Positions 17,707-27,066 of a DNA stretch of 64,000 nt are shown here, piece after piece. The stretch's first letter is position 1. Each line of letters opens with the position of its first letter. A model generated the notes under the pieces. The model saw nothing but the letters and a program-made list of their open reading frames with translations. It had not been told where the DNA came from and made no database searches. The stretch covers positions 69,646-133,645 of the forward strand of contig CALXLC010000033.1 in NCBI GenBank assembly GCA_944389095.1, given 5' to 3'. Source of the DNA: an uncultured Alphaproteobacteria bacterium (GTDB taxonomy: Bacteria; Pseudomonadota; Alphaproteobacteria; RF32; CAG-239). Position numbers and translations under genes: made by a program.

Positions 17707-19289
17707 TGAAAATTCTCAGGACGGTTTTGCTGTTGGCGGCAGTTTTATTGTGGAGCGCTGCCGCAGATGCTGCCGTTCGGAAATCAACGGATAAGGTTTC
17801 GGTTACCCTCTATACCAGCCAAAATCAGATTAATCCGACTCAGAATCTCGGCGTGCTGATACAATTTGTTATGCATGACGGTTGGCATATCTTTGCTCAG
17901 AATCCGGGAGATATCGGCCTGCCTACCGAGGTTGAATGGTCTTTGCCGCAGGGATGGACACTGTCCGAGCCGCAGTGGAGCCGGTTTCAGAAATTTGAAA
18001 CGGACGGCATCGTTCAATACGGTTACGGAAAAGATGCCTATTATGCGGCCGAAATTATCCCGGTTCCTTTTTCGGGAAGCGAAACTGTCCGGGTCAGGGT
18101 TTCGTGGCTGGCCTGCAAAGACGAATGTATTCCGGAAAGTGTCGCGTTTGAACTGCGGCTTCCGGCTACCTCATTTGATTTGAGGCCTCAGGCCGAATGG
18201 GAGAAAATCCGGCAGACGTCCGCGCATGCCTTTGCTGAGCGCCGTAATCTTGATATTTCATTATGTTTGGCTGTTTTGATGGCTTTTGCCGGCGGAATAA
18301 TCTTAAATTTCATGCCATGTATTTTTCCGATTTTGACCTTAAAAGCCATTGCGCTGGTTCAACAGCGAAACAATCTGAGGGAAAGCCGTATTGAGGCCTT
18401 GTGTTATGCGGCCGGGGTTGTCATTTGTTTCGGTTTGGCGGCGACACTGCTGCTGTTTTTGCGGCTTAAAGGCGAACAAATCGGCTGGGGATTTCAGCTG
18501 CAATCGCCTTCTTTTGTCGGATTTATGATGGCGGTTTTTCTGATTATCGGCTTGATGCTGCTTGATGTGATTCAGTTTCCTGCCGGCTGGTTTAACCGGC
18601 TAGGCACCCTGAGTTTTAAACGGCAAAGAGTTAATGCTTTTGTAACCGGCTTTTTTGCGGTGCTGATTGCCAGTCCCTGTACGGCGCCTTTTATGGGAGT
18701 GGCGGTTGGTTTTGCCCTGGCGTCGCCGGTTTATGTTTATTATCCGGTTTTTCTGGCTCTGGGGTTGGGATATGCCCTGCCCTTTGCCTTGGCCGGATGG
18801 TTTCCGCAGGTTTTACACAAGGTTCTTCCCCGTCCCGGAAAATGGATGAATCTGCTTAAGAAAATTTTTGCCGTTCCGGTTTTGCTGACTTGTGTCTGGC
18901 TGGGTTGGCTTTTGTACGGACAACTTCATCTGACGGCGGGAAAATCTGCCGACATGCTTCAATGGGAGGCCTATGACGCCGTTAAAGTTGAGCAGCTTGT
19001 CCGCCGGAAACAGCCGGTGTTTATCGATTTTACGGCAAAATGGTGTCTGACCTGTCTGGTCAACAAACAGGTTGCCTTGCATTCCGAAGCCTTTGAACGG
19101 GCCGTCAAAGAAAAAAATATCCGTCTGTTTAAGGCGGACTGGACAAACCGCAGCGATGTTATTGCCGCGGCTCTGGAGAGTTACGGACGCAGCAGCATCC
19201 CCTTGTATGTTTATTATGACGGTTCTTCCGAATATAAGATTCTGCCGCAACTGTTGACGCCCGGAATTGTGGCCGATTATTTGAATTAA
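17706..19289 (+). CDS. DsbD-family protein-disulfide reductase (N-terminal DsbD-alpha-like, CcdA-type membrane core, C-terminal thioredoxin)
   Basis: 527 aa. Signal peptide, LACKDECIPE, FMPCIFPIL and ASPCTAPF membrane cysteines, C-terminal WCLTC. The ATG overlaps the upstream stop by 1 nt. Confidence 0.85.
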   Translation: MKILRTVLLLAAVLLWSAAADAAVRKSTDKVSVTLYTSQNQINPTQNLGVLIQFVMHDGWHIFAQNPGDIGLPTEVEWSLPQGWTLSEPQWSRFQKFETDGIVQYGYGKDAYYAAEIIPVPFSGSETVRVRVSWLACKDECIPESVAFELRLPATSFDLRPQAEWEKIRQTSAHAFAERRNLDISLCLAVLMAFAGGIILNFMPCIFPILTLKAIALVQQRNNLRESRIEALCYAAGVVICFGLAATLLLFLRLKGEQIGWGFQLQSPSFVGFMMAVFLIIGLMLLDVIQFPAGWFNRLGTLSFKRQRVNAFVTGFFAVLIASPCTAPFMGVAVGFALASPVYVYYPVFLALGLGYALPFALAGWFPQVLHKVLPRPGKWMNLLKKIFAVPVLLTCVWLGWLLYGQLHLTAGKSADMLQWEAYDAVKVEQLVRRKQPVFIDFTAKWCLTCLVNKQVALHSEAFERAVKEKNIRLFKADWTNRSDVIAAALESYGRSSIPLYVYYDGSSEYKILPQLLTPGIVADYLN

Positions 19290-19308
19290 ACGTTATTCCG
19301 GACAAAAT

Positions 19309-19334
19309 AAAAAGGGCTTTCGCCCTTTTTATTT
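19309..19334. terminator. bidirectional terminator
   Basis: aaaagggc (19310-19317) tttc gccctttt (19322-19329), between convergent genes. Confidence 0.8.
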
Positions 19335-19348
19335 TCAGATTGAAAAAT

Positions 19349-20131
19349 CTATTTTCCGAATATTCCCAGATTTTTAACCTTGTCTTTAACTCCGCCGACA
19401 ACACTGTCCATGCTTTCCTGTGCGACGTTTTTCAGATCGCCGAGGCCGCTTTTGACGACTGTTTGCGAGGCGGTGTTCAAAATTTTGCTCAAAATTTTAG
19501 AAATTGATCCGGCAATGCTTTCACCATCTTTTTTATCGGCGCCGATATCTTTCAGCTGAATGGACGGCAGTTTGACATCCAGAGATGACTTTTCGCTTTG
19601 CAGCGGCGTTACGGCCTGCAGCTCGCCTTCGTTAATGCTGACCAGCTTGATAATGACTTTTTTGCCGGCAGCCTTGTCCGCCTTGTCGCTTGTTTCGGCT
19701 TTGGCCGCATCGGCTTCGCTTTTCTCGGCAGAAGCCGTATTTTTATTGATGTTATCCAGCAACTGTTTGATGTTGTTTTGCGTCAGCGAGAGCATTTCGT
19801 AAGTAATGACCGGTTTGTCGACTTTGATTTCATTGATGATAATTGTATCGGTTGTCAGACTCTTCAAATCTATTTTGACGCTGACGCCGCCCAGACTGAT
19901 GATGTACGGGCTTTTGTAGTTTTGGGGATTAGCAACGGTAAGACCGCTGATGGAGCCTTCCCCGTTGGTCAGAGAAAGCTTGAAGCCCTCCAGTTTTACT
20001 TCGGTTCCGGTAATTTCGGAGCCGTATTTGTTTACCAGAGTCTTGACAATGCTTTCCAAAGACGGTGTCAGATAATATGCGGCGCCAATGATAATCACCA
20101 AAGCGCCGAGAAATATGTATTTTTTCTTCAT
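19349..20131 (-). CDS. membrane-anchored envelope protein, AsmA/DUF748-like by eye
   Basis: 260 aa. N-terminal TM anchor and a beta-rich segment (GTEVKLEGFKLSLTNGEGSISGLTVANPQNYKSPY...VSVKIDLKSL) resembling AsmA-type N-termini. The assignment is tentative. Confidence 0.5.
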   Translation of the reverse strand: MKKKYIFLGALVIIIGAAYYLTPSLESIVKTLVNKYGSEITGTEVKLEGFKLSLTNGEGSISGLTVANPQNYKSPYIISLGGVSVKIDLKSLTTDTIIINEIKVDKPVITYEMLSLTQNNIKQLLDNINKNTASAEKSEADAAKAETSDKADKAAGKKVIIKLVSINEGELQAVTPLQSEKSSLDVKLPSIQLKDIGADKKDGESIAGSISKILSKILNTASQTVVKSGLGDLKNVAQESMDSVVGGVKDKVKNLGIFGK

Positions 20132-20175
20132 AAAGCTTTCTCCGTTAGTTGTTGATGATAAAAATTATGGTGTTA

Positions 20176-20204
20176 TTTATAGTCCGATTAAAAATATTTG
20201 GCAA
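20176..20204 (-). promoter_or_regulatory. putative sigma-70 promoter of the 19349-20131 gene
   Basis: Minus strand: TTGCCA (20204-20199), 17-nt spacer, TATAAA (20181-20176). Confidence 0.35.
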
Positions 20205-20374
20205 TCTTTTCCTGAGACCTGTTGGGAAGAAAATACCTTTCGGCCAATAAAAAACCGGGTACAGCATAAATCAGTCCCGGAGATAACGGTAGTGCATTGC
20301 GGAAAGATATAAAACAATTAAGGTATTGATAATAAATAATTTCATCTTTTTTTACGTCTTTTATCATATTATCG

Positions 20375-20866
20375 TTACTCAAAAATATAAATTTCCTCTT
20401 CAATATTATATTTGCCAATCGAAAGTTTTCTATTGTAACATGTGTTTTCTTTTCCGCCCATTTTTTTGTAAAAAGCAGAAGCAGCAACATTGCCTTTTAA
20501 CATATATAAATAAAAAGGTTGATTGTTTATCTGTTTTTTATATTCCTTTATGAGGGCTTGTCCGATACCGGCTCTTTGATATTCCGGGGTGACATATATA
20601 GCGTATATTTCATAGGGTATATCTATATCGTCTCTTTTTTTTCCACCCCACAAATAGCCGCAAACTTGTTTGTCTTCATAAACTAAAACGGTATACTCTG
20701 TGTTTAATATATTCTCTTTCCAGCAGTTGATTCTGGTTTTATCAACTTTTCTGTTCGCTAATAATTCCTGCGGCAACAGCCCCTCATAAGCTTTTTTCCA
20801 TGTGTCAATGCTAATTTCTGTGATGATTAAAGCATCATCAATATTAGCTTTTCTGATATTATTCAT
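20375..20866 (-). CDS. GNAT-family N-acetyltransferase
   Basis: 163 aa with acetyl-CoA motif A (YQRAGIGQALI). The gene is visibly AT-rich. Confidence 0.8.
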   Translation of the reverse strand: MNNIRKANIDDALIITEISIDTWKKAYEGLLPQELLANRKVDKTRINCWKENILNTEYTVLVYEDKQVCGYLWGGKKRDDIDIPYEIYAIYVTPEYQRAGIGQALIKEYKKQINNQPFYLYMLKGNVAASAFYKKMGGKENTCYNRKLSIGKYNIEEEIYIFE

Positions 20867-20905
20867 CCATCTCTCCTAAAATAAAAGCAGAACACATGCT
20901 ATCTG

Positions 20906-20942
20906 AAAAAAGAAAGGATTTAGATTATTCATCTAAATCCTT
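20906..20942 (-). terminator. terminator of tRNA-Lys
   Basis: Perfect 12-bp stem aaggatttagat (20914-20925) / atctaaatcctt (20931-20942). Followed on the minus strand by TCTTTTTTC. Confidence 0.85.
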
Positions 20943-20950
20943 AAATTTAC

Positions 20951-21027
20951 TGGTAGGCGCGCAGGGATTCGAACCCTGGACCCACTGATTAAGAGTCAGT
21001 TGCTCTAGCCAACTGAGCTACGCACCC
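20951..21027 (-). tRNA. tRNA-Lys (anticodon CUU)
   Basis: rc reads GGGTGCGTAGCTCAGTTGGCTAGAGCAACTGACTCTTAATCAGTGGGTCCAGGGTTCGAATCCCTGCGCGCCTACCA. Cloverleaf folds by eye, anticodon loop is CTCTTAA, and CCA is encoded. Confidence 0.93.
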
Positions 21028-21063
21028 ATGTGAATCCGCCGCCCTTATTGCGGCAACATGCGG

Positions 21064-21092
21064 AATATAGACTCAGTTGATTTTTTTTGCAA
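21064..21092 (-). promoter_or_regulatory. putative promoter of tRNA-Lys
   Basis: Minus strand: TTGCAA (21092-21087), 17-nt spacer, TATATT (21069-21064). Confidence 0.35.
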
Positions 21093-21150
21093 CACTTTTT
21101 TTTATAAAAACGGAATTTTGTATCTTGAGATATTATGTTCCGCGGATTGC

Positions 21151-22563
21151 TTAATATTTGAAAGTGAACGTGAAGGCCGTATATTTTCCGGGTGTCGACC
21201 GCACGCTTATTTTTCCGTTCAGAAGGCCTGAAATTTTTTTGACAATATTAAGTCCCAGCCCCGTTCCCTCTCTCCGGTTGGCAGAAATATCGCGACTCTG
21301 ATAAAATTCATCGAATATATAGGGCATATCTTCCGAAGATATACCAATCCCGTCGTCAATTACTCTCAGGGTTATCCGGTTATGATGCTGTCGACAGCTC
21401 AGTTTAATGCGAGATGACGCAAATTTCAGCGCATTGCTCAGTAAATTGCGAATTACCCGTTCTATCAGCAACGGGTCGGATCTGATGATTATGCCTGCGC
21501 AAAAGCTGCAGTTGAGCGTCAGACGGCGTTCTTTCAGCAAAAAGTGATATTCCTGGCATATTTTTTCGAGAAGTTCGGACAAATCAAAAGTTTTGGGACG
21601 ATAATCCACGCCGCCGGCATCCAGTTTTGAAATATCCAGCAGGTTGTCCAGCAACGTTTTGAGTCCGGCTGCCGATTGCTCTATTTTTGACAGAATATTT
21701 TTTTGCTGTCGTGGCATTTTTTCCGTATCCAATGCGGCAATAAACATGTTTAGGGCTTGCATCGGTTGCCTTAAGTCATGGCTGGCCCGGGCGAGAAAAG
21801 AGGATTTTTCCAAGCTCAAATCTTCGGCATGGCGGCGGGCTTTTTCTAACGCATGCTGAATTTCTATCCAAGTGCTGATATCTTGAAAAGTTCCGGCAAC
21901 AAGTTCTTTTCTTCCGGTGTGATGCAGGCCGGCTTTAAAAAGACAATACATGACACCGCCCCGACGTTTCAGGCGGATTTGGCCTTCAACCGGACGGCCT
22001 TTTTTCAATAACAGGGCAAGCTGCTTTTTGTAAAGCGGCAGATCCTCGGGAAAGACTCGCTCCCGAATCAGATTATGCTTTGATGAGACGTTCTGCGGAT
22101 TTGCGTCAAAAATGCGAAACATTTCCGCCGACCAAAAGAAAGTTTTGGTTTTTATGTCAAGTTCCCAATATCCCAGTTTGGCAATACGCTCGGCAAATTC
22201 TGTCCGCCCGGCATTTCTGGACAGCCGGCCGAGCAAGTCTTTTTCCAGGCTGATGTTCCGAAAACAGAGCAAAACCTTGTTTTCAAAAGGGCTTACGGAA
22301 ACATTATAAATGTTGTTTTTGATATTCAGTTCCATAATTTCAGGATAATTCTGAAATAAAACGCTGCGCACGGTTTTGAACAAAGTTGCCGCAGTTTCTT
22401 CTTCGAAAAGATTTATCAGATTTTTTTCGGCCAAACGGTTTGTCCGAAACAATTTTTCCGCTCCGGACGATGCGTAAACAATGCGTCCGCCGGCTTCTGC
22501 CGCCATAAAAACGTCAGCAGAGCAGTCCAGAAGCGCCTGCAACAATTTTTCTGTCTGGGTCAT
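21151..22563 (-). CDS. cytoplasmic PAS-domain sensor histidine kinase
   Basis: 470 aa with no TM segment. H-box ASHDLRQPMQAL, N-box NLLSNALKF, G-boxes DDGIGI and GTGLGL. PAS-like N-terminal halves. Confidence 0.88.
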   Translation of the reverse strand: MTQTEKLLQALLDCSADVFMAAEAGGRIVYASSGAEKLFRTNRLAEKNLINLFEEETAATLFKTVRSVLFQNYPEIMELNIKNNIYNVSVSPFENKVLLCFRNISLEKDLLGRLSRNAGRTEFAERIAKLGYWELDIKTKTFFWSAEMFRIFDANPQNVSSKHNLIRERVFPEDLPLYKKQLALLLKKGRPVEGQIRLKRRGGVMYCLFKAGLHHTGRKELVAGTFQDISTWIEIQHALEKARRHAEDLSLEKSSFLARASHDLRQPMQALNMFIAALDTEKMPRQQKNILSKIEQSAAGLKTLLDNLLDISKLDAGGVDYRPKTFDLSELLEKICQEYHFLLKERRLTLNCSFCAGIIIRSDPLLIERVIRNLLSNALKFASSRIKLSCRQHHNRITLRVIDDGIGISSEDMPYIFDEFYQSRDISANRREGTGLGLNIVKKISGLLNGKISVRSTPGKYTAFTFTFKY

Positions 22564-22575
22564 AAATCCGCTTTA

Positions 22576-23562
22576 TTACATCAACTGATAATTTGCCAAA
22601 GTTCTTCCTGCCGCGGCGGAAATTTTGAAGAACCAGCCGTCATACAGGAAAGAATTATCCTTGATATAAGCATTGACTGCGGCAGTTGGAAGGTTTGTTG
22701 TCGATAATTTTATATAAATCCAAAAATCTTGGTCATCGTGAAACAGGTTGATGGTTGTTATCAGTCCGCTGAAGGTGGTCAGTCTGATTGTCCGGCGTTT
22801 CGGATATAAGTTTTCGTCAAAATTTTGAGCTGATAAAACATCTCCGGCAATTAAAAAGTCCAATTTTTCAAGAAGAACATCCGGTTTGACAATGTTTTTT
22901 TCGTGATTTACGAAGGGCAGATATCTTGTTTGCCGGGAAGCGCTTTGTTGGCTTGCAGCGTCTTGTATGAAGATTTTTTCCGTTATTTCGGGGGGATAGT
23001 TTAGTATCGGCTGCATCAGCCAGGCGGAAGGCTCCTGCGGCAGATCATACCGCCCGTCAATCAGCCAGATTTCATCTTTTCCGGCCGGACGGGCAAAACT
23101 GTATGCGCCGGACGACACGCTTTTGCCGATAATTATTTTTTCCAGCGGTTTGTCGTTGTTGAAGGTTTCTACCAAAACGCCGGCTTCTTCTTTATTCCGG
23201 TTCCTCCCGGGATCGGCCAAACGGTCCTCCAGAAGGGCTTTTTCCGAGAAGGGCTGCTGATGATAATAAGTTGCGTTGTTCAGATTGTTAAACAAATCAT
23301 TCAAACGCTCCAGGCCGGCATAATAAAAATCGGCTTCTCCGACAACCCAGTAGTTGCTTTCAAGACGCAGACTTATACGCCCCTCTGCCCCCGTGATGAT
23401 GATTTTGTTTAAGTCAAGCCCCTCTTCCACCGTATTGGGAAAAACCAAGCGGCCCCGGTTCTGCTGCGGGTGATAAAAATTGCTTACGGTTATTGCCAGG
23501 CCGGCAAAGGCCAGTGAAAAAAGCATTAAAAACAAACCGTATTTCAGAATATTTTTATTCAT
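22576..23562 (-). CDS. DUF4340-like protein (accessory to GldG-type ABC systems)
   Basis: 328 aa with an N-terminal anchor. Its position directly after a GldG-like gene is the usual DUF4340 context. Assigned by context and general resemblance. Confidence 0.55.
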   Translation of the reverse strand: MNKNILKYGLFLMLFSLAFAGLAITVSNFYHPQQNRGRLVFPNTVEEGLDLNKIIITGAEGRISLRLESNYWVVGEADFYYAGLERLNDLFNNLNNATYYHQQPFSEKALLEDRLADPGRNRNKEEAGVLVETFNNDKPLEKIIIGKSVSSGAYSFARPAGKDEIWLIDGRYDLPQEPSAWLMQPILNYPPEITEKIFIQDAASQQSASRQTRYLPFVNHEKNIVKPDVLLEKLDFLIAGDVLSAQNFDENLYPKRRTIRLTTFSGLITTINLFHDDQDFWIYIKLSTTNLPTAAVNAYIKDNSFLYDGWFFKISAAAGRTLANYQLM

Positions 23563-25453
23563 GCGTATACTCCGCGGCCCGTCCGGCTTCCTGTTTGCGG
23601 AAGATGACGGTGACCAAAAAAAGAAACAGCGTGAGCAATCCGGGCCAAACTACGGCGTTTAGAAGCATAATTGCGTATTTTTCGTGCTTTATCTGCTCGC
23701 TGATTTTATATTGCAGAGCTTTCAGCCGTTCCTGCGCACTCAAATAGTCCCGCTGCAATTTTTCCAATTGTTTAATAACGGCAACGGACGGGAAAAGCTC
23801 TTTATCGGCAATCCGGCGTTTGAGCACCTCCTGTTCAAGCCGCGCTTTCTGCATGCCGTTTTCGTATGAAGACAATTCCGCTTGATATTCGACCGTTATT
23901 TTTTCGGCAATCAGTTCTTCCATATTGTGTCCCGAATTAAGGAATCTTTTCCCCGGCAGGGAAATCAGGGCGGTGTTTCCGCTCATGAAGTCGACGGCCC
24001 TTTCGATAAATTCGGCATTACCGTTAAAAGGCACAAAGTCATAAGGAGTGGCGCCTTTGAAATCATCCGAGTTGTTCCAGGTGCCGGAATGCAAAATGTC
24101 GGCATCGCCGATCAGCAGCAGTTTGCCTTCTTTAACCGAAACGGAAAGATATGGCGGAATACGATAGGCATAGGAGGTGCCTTCCAACGGGCTGCTTTTG
24201 TAAAATGAAGGGAAACGCCCTTCCAGCAAGACGGCCAGACGATAACTTTTGTTGTCGGTTTTGTAGTTTTCGCGTACGGTTGCTTTTGAGGAATATTGAG
24301 CAATGTCGGCACTGATGCTGCCGCCCTGCGACGAGGTCATCAGCAGCGGCGTTACGTCCGCACTGGTTACCGCGCCGGTCTCAAAATATCCGGCAGAGTT
24401 CAGGCGGATGCTGTTTATTCCGCCGGTGACGGGATGTTGCGGATTTATAGATCCCGGCTGCAAATCCAGCCAAATCGGGTAATCAAGCATTTTGGCGTCC
24501 GACTCGCTGCCGATGAGCGTATTGCGGCTTTGCGACACGTCGCCGGCAATTTTCCACGGCGTGTACCCTACTCCGTAATTGGCCAAAAACTGCGGGAAAG
24601 GTGTTTCCGGATTGGTTATGTATTTTTTTATGCTTAAATAGCTCTCCCAAAACGGATCCAAAAACAAAATAATTTTGCCGCCGCGCAACAGGTACTGATC
24701 AAGCGCATATAAGCCCAAATTGGTCAGGCTTAACGGGTTGACAACCAGAAGAGCATCGTATTTCATGGGGATTGACACGTTCCCCGCAGGCAGCGTATCT
24801 ACGGTGTAATCCTGCCGCAGCATGCGAACAACCGGCCAGTCGGCATTGTAATCCAGACTGTCGCCATGTCGGCTGATATCCAGCGACGGCGATATTATGC
24901 CTATGTTTTTGGGCATATAGGGCTTGCTCAATTTGCTCAGCAGGCGGGTAATGTCATGCTCCAGATAGCTCTGCCGTCCGGCTTCAAAATACGGGATGGT
25001 GTAAATATCTCCGGCTTCGTTGCTGAAAACGGCTCCGAAATACAGATTGTGTTGTCCCGAAACATCCAAAAAGCCCCTGATGCCTTGCTTTTTGGCATCG
25101 GTTTCCGAACGCTCGTACGGACGGACGGTTACAATTTCCAGACTGATACGATTATCGGCGTGCAACTTATATTGCTCCAGAAAACCGGAAACGTAACGCG
25201 CATACTGACCGACGGAAGGATAATCGTTTTCGAGCCCTTCGGAAACATAAAGGCGGATAAAGATGTCAGAACGATTGTCTTTTAACAGGTTCAGCGTCGG
25301 TTTTGACAGGGTAAATCTTTTATCCGAGGTTACATCAACAGGATATCCGCTTCCAAGCAGCGTTGAGCCCACGGTCAGAGAAACAAAGCTTATGACCAGC
25401 ATGATGCAGAACAGCGCCAAAACGGTATTTTTGTTAAAAAGAAGCTTTTTCAT
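23555..25453 (-). CDS. GldG-family ABC transport auxiliary protein
   Basis: Large periplasmic protein with N- and C-terminal TM anchors, following an ABC-2 permease. Start set to ATG 25453 (MKKLLFNKN) behind AAGGAG. Confidence 0.75.
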   Translation of the reverse strand: MKKLLFNKNTVLALFCIMLVISFVSLTVGSTLLGSGYPVDVTSDKRFTLSKPTLNLLKDNRSDIFIRLYVSEGLENDYPSVGQYARYVSGFLEQYKLHADNRISLEIVTVRPYERSETDAKKQGIRGFLDVSGQHNLYFGAVFSNEAGDIYTIPYFEAGRQSYLEHDITRLLSKLSKPYMPKNIGIISPSLDISRHGDSLDYNADWPVVRMLRQDYTVDTLPAGNVSIPMKYDALLVVNPLSLTNLGLYALDQYLLRGGKIILFLDPFWESYLSIKKYITNPETPFPQFLANYGVGYTPWKIAGDVSQSRNTLIGSESDAKMLDYPIWLDLQPGSINPQHPVTGGINSIRLNSAGYFETGAVTSADVTPLLMTSSQGGSISADIAQYSSKATVRENYKTDNKSYRLAVLLEGRFPSFYKSSPLEGTSYAYRIPPYLSVSVKEGKLLLIGDADILHSGTWNNSDDFKGATPYDFVPFNGNAEFIERAVDFMSGNTALISLPGKRFLNSGHNMEELIAEKITVEYQAELSSYENGMQKARLEQEVLKRRIADKELFPSVAVIKQLEKLQRDYLSAQERLKALQYKISEQIKHEKYAIMLLNAVVWPGLLTLFLFLVTVIFRKQEAGRAAEYTHE

Positions 25454-25457
25454 CAGG

Positions 25458-26189
25458 CTAACTCCTTTTGTAACCGATGCTGACAACATTCAGCCACAGC
25501 CCCAGCAGCGTCAGTATGATGAAATAAGCAATGCTTCCGGCGTTGATTTGTCCGGATATCATGGACGCAAAGTGAGAATCAAAATTTAAAGAGTGTGAAA
25601 TTCTGATAAACAAATCGCTGCCGGCTGCTGCCGATTTTAAGATAAAATCAAAATTAACGACTTTTAAGAGCAGGCAAACGGCCAGTGCCGCTATATACGC
25701 CGTGACCGGGTTGGCGCTGAAAGACGATACGGTACAGCCTATCGCGCACAGAGCTCCCGCGGCAAGCAGGCAGGAAAAATAACCGAACAAGATATTCTGA
25801 TTATCCAAAGTCATATATTGAGCCGTCGTTATCCATAAGGGCACGCTTGCCAGAAGCATCAGCAGGCAAAAGCCCCAAGCGGCCAAAAATTTTCCGGCAA
25901 CAAGTTCGGTATATCCCAACGGCTGGCTCAGCAGCAATTCCAAAGTACCGAACCGTCTTTCATCTGCCCACAGTTTCATGGTCAGCGCCGGAATGAGCAA
26001 GGTAAAAACTTCCGGTTGAAAATAAAAGAACGAAAACAGATTGTAATTTGACAACTGAAAGTAATACCCGCCGAAAAACGCGGCAACCATGGATAAAACC
26101 GCGTATATCATCAACATAAAATACGCCATGCCGCTTCTGAAATAAGAACCGAATTCTTTGCAGAAAATATTAAAAACGTTTCTCATCAT
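25458..26189 (-). CDS. ABC-2 type transporter permease (GldF-like)
   Basis: 243 aa with six hydrophobic helices. Overlaps the ATPase gene by 4 nt. Confidence 0.8.
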   Translation of the reverse strand: MMRNVFNIFCKEFGSYFRSGMAYFMLMIYAVLSMVAAFFGGYYFQLSNYNLFSFFYFQPEVFTLLIPALTMKLWADERRFGTLELLLSQPLGYTELVAGKFLAAWGFCLLMLLASVPLWITTAQYMTLDNQNILFGYFSCLLAAGALCAIGCTVSSFSANPVTAYIAALAVCLLLKVVNFDFILKSAAAGSDLFIRISHSLNFDSHFASMISGQINAGSIAYFIILTLLGLWLNVVSIGYKRS

Positions 26190-26929
26190 TGCGCCGCTCC
26201 GCTTCCCTCTTCCGTAACCGAACGAAATGCCGTTTCAATATTGTGATCCGGAGTTAATAATTTTAATTCCTGCGGCGACGTGTCGCGAACCAGCTTTCCG
26301 TGATTGAGCAGGATGACCCGGTCGGCCATAGCCTCGACTTCTTCCATAATATGGGTTGAAATAATTACCGTATTGCGCCGTCCGTACTCGCGGATAAAAC
26401 GACGGATTGAGAATTTTTGATTGGGGTCCAGTCCCTCGGTCGGCTCGTCAAGAATCAAAAGTCCGGGACGATGTATCAACGCACCGGCCAAAGCGGTCCT
26501 CCGTTTAAAACCTTTTGAGAGCGTTTCGCACTTTTGGTTGATTACGTCGGAGAGTTCCAGCTGCCGGGATAAATAAACCAGGTTATCAACAAATCCCTGC
26601 TCGCTCATATGACGCAGGCCGGCCATAAACCTGAGGTATTCGTAAACGGTCATATCATTGTATAAGGCCCCGGTTTCGGGAACATAGGATAATTTGGAAA
26701 GTGCCTGGGTTCTGGCGGTGTTGATATCGCAGCCGTCAATGCGGATATCGCCGGAATCCGCGCCGTAAAATCCAGTTATCAACCGCATCAGGGTTGTTTT
26801 TCCGGCGCCGTTCGGTCCCAAAAGTGCCGTTACTTCGCCGTTGTTGAGGCAGAAGCTGACATTATCCACGGCCCTGATGTTTCCGAACGATTTTGACAGA
26901 TTTTGAACCAAAAGCATGAATTCATCCAT
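26186..26929 (-). CDS. ABC transporter ATP-binding protein (GldA-like)
   Basis: Walker A GPNGAGKTT, signature LSKGFKRR, Walker B LLILDEPT. The start may instead be ATG 26917. Confidence 0.88.
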   Translation of the reverse strand: MDEFMLLVQNLSKSFGNIRAVDNVSFCLNNGEVTALLGPNGAGKTTLMRLITGFYGADSGDIRIDGCDINTARTQALSKLSYVPETGALYNDMTVYEYLRFMAGLRHMSEQGFVDNLVYLSRQLELSDVINQKCETLSKGFKRRTALAGALIHRPGLLILDEPTEGLDPNQKFSIRRFIREYGRRNTVIISTHIMEEVEAMADRVILLNHGKLVRDTSPQELKLLTPDHNIETAFRSVTEEGSGAAQ

Positions 26930-27066
26930 TTAATTTAATCTGATTTACAGTTTATCAAATAAATTTTAAATTTTAACAATTATTTTCATTTTTCAAAATC
27001 GTTGGTGACAAAATATTTATTTTACATTATTTATATAATAAATTCAGTTAGCAGATTGGAGTGGAC

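Noticed and set aside
20867-21150. Integrative element or genomic island at tRNA-Lys, and likewise at tRNA-Ser (43604-45933)
   Set aside because: No integrase, recombinase, transposase or phage gene is present, and I found no direct repeat of either tRNA 3' end by eye. Only the compositional oddity is reported, as a finding.
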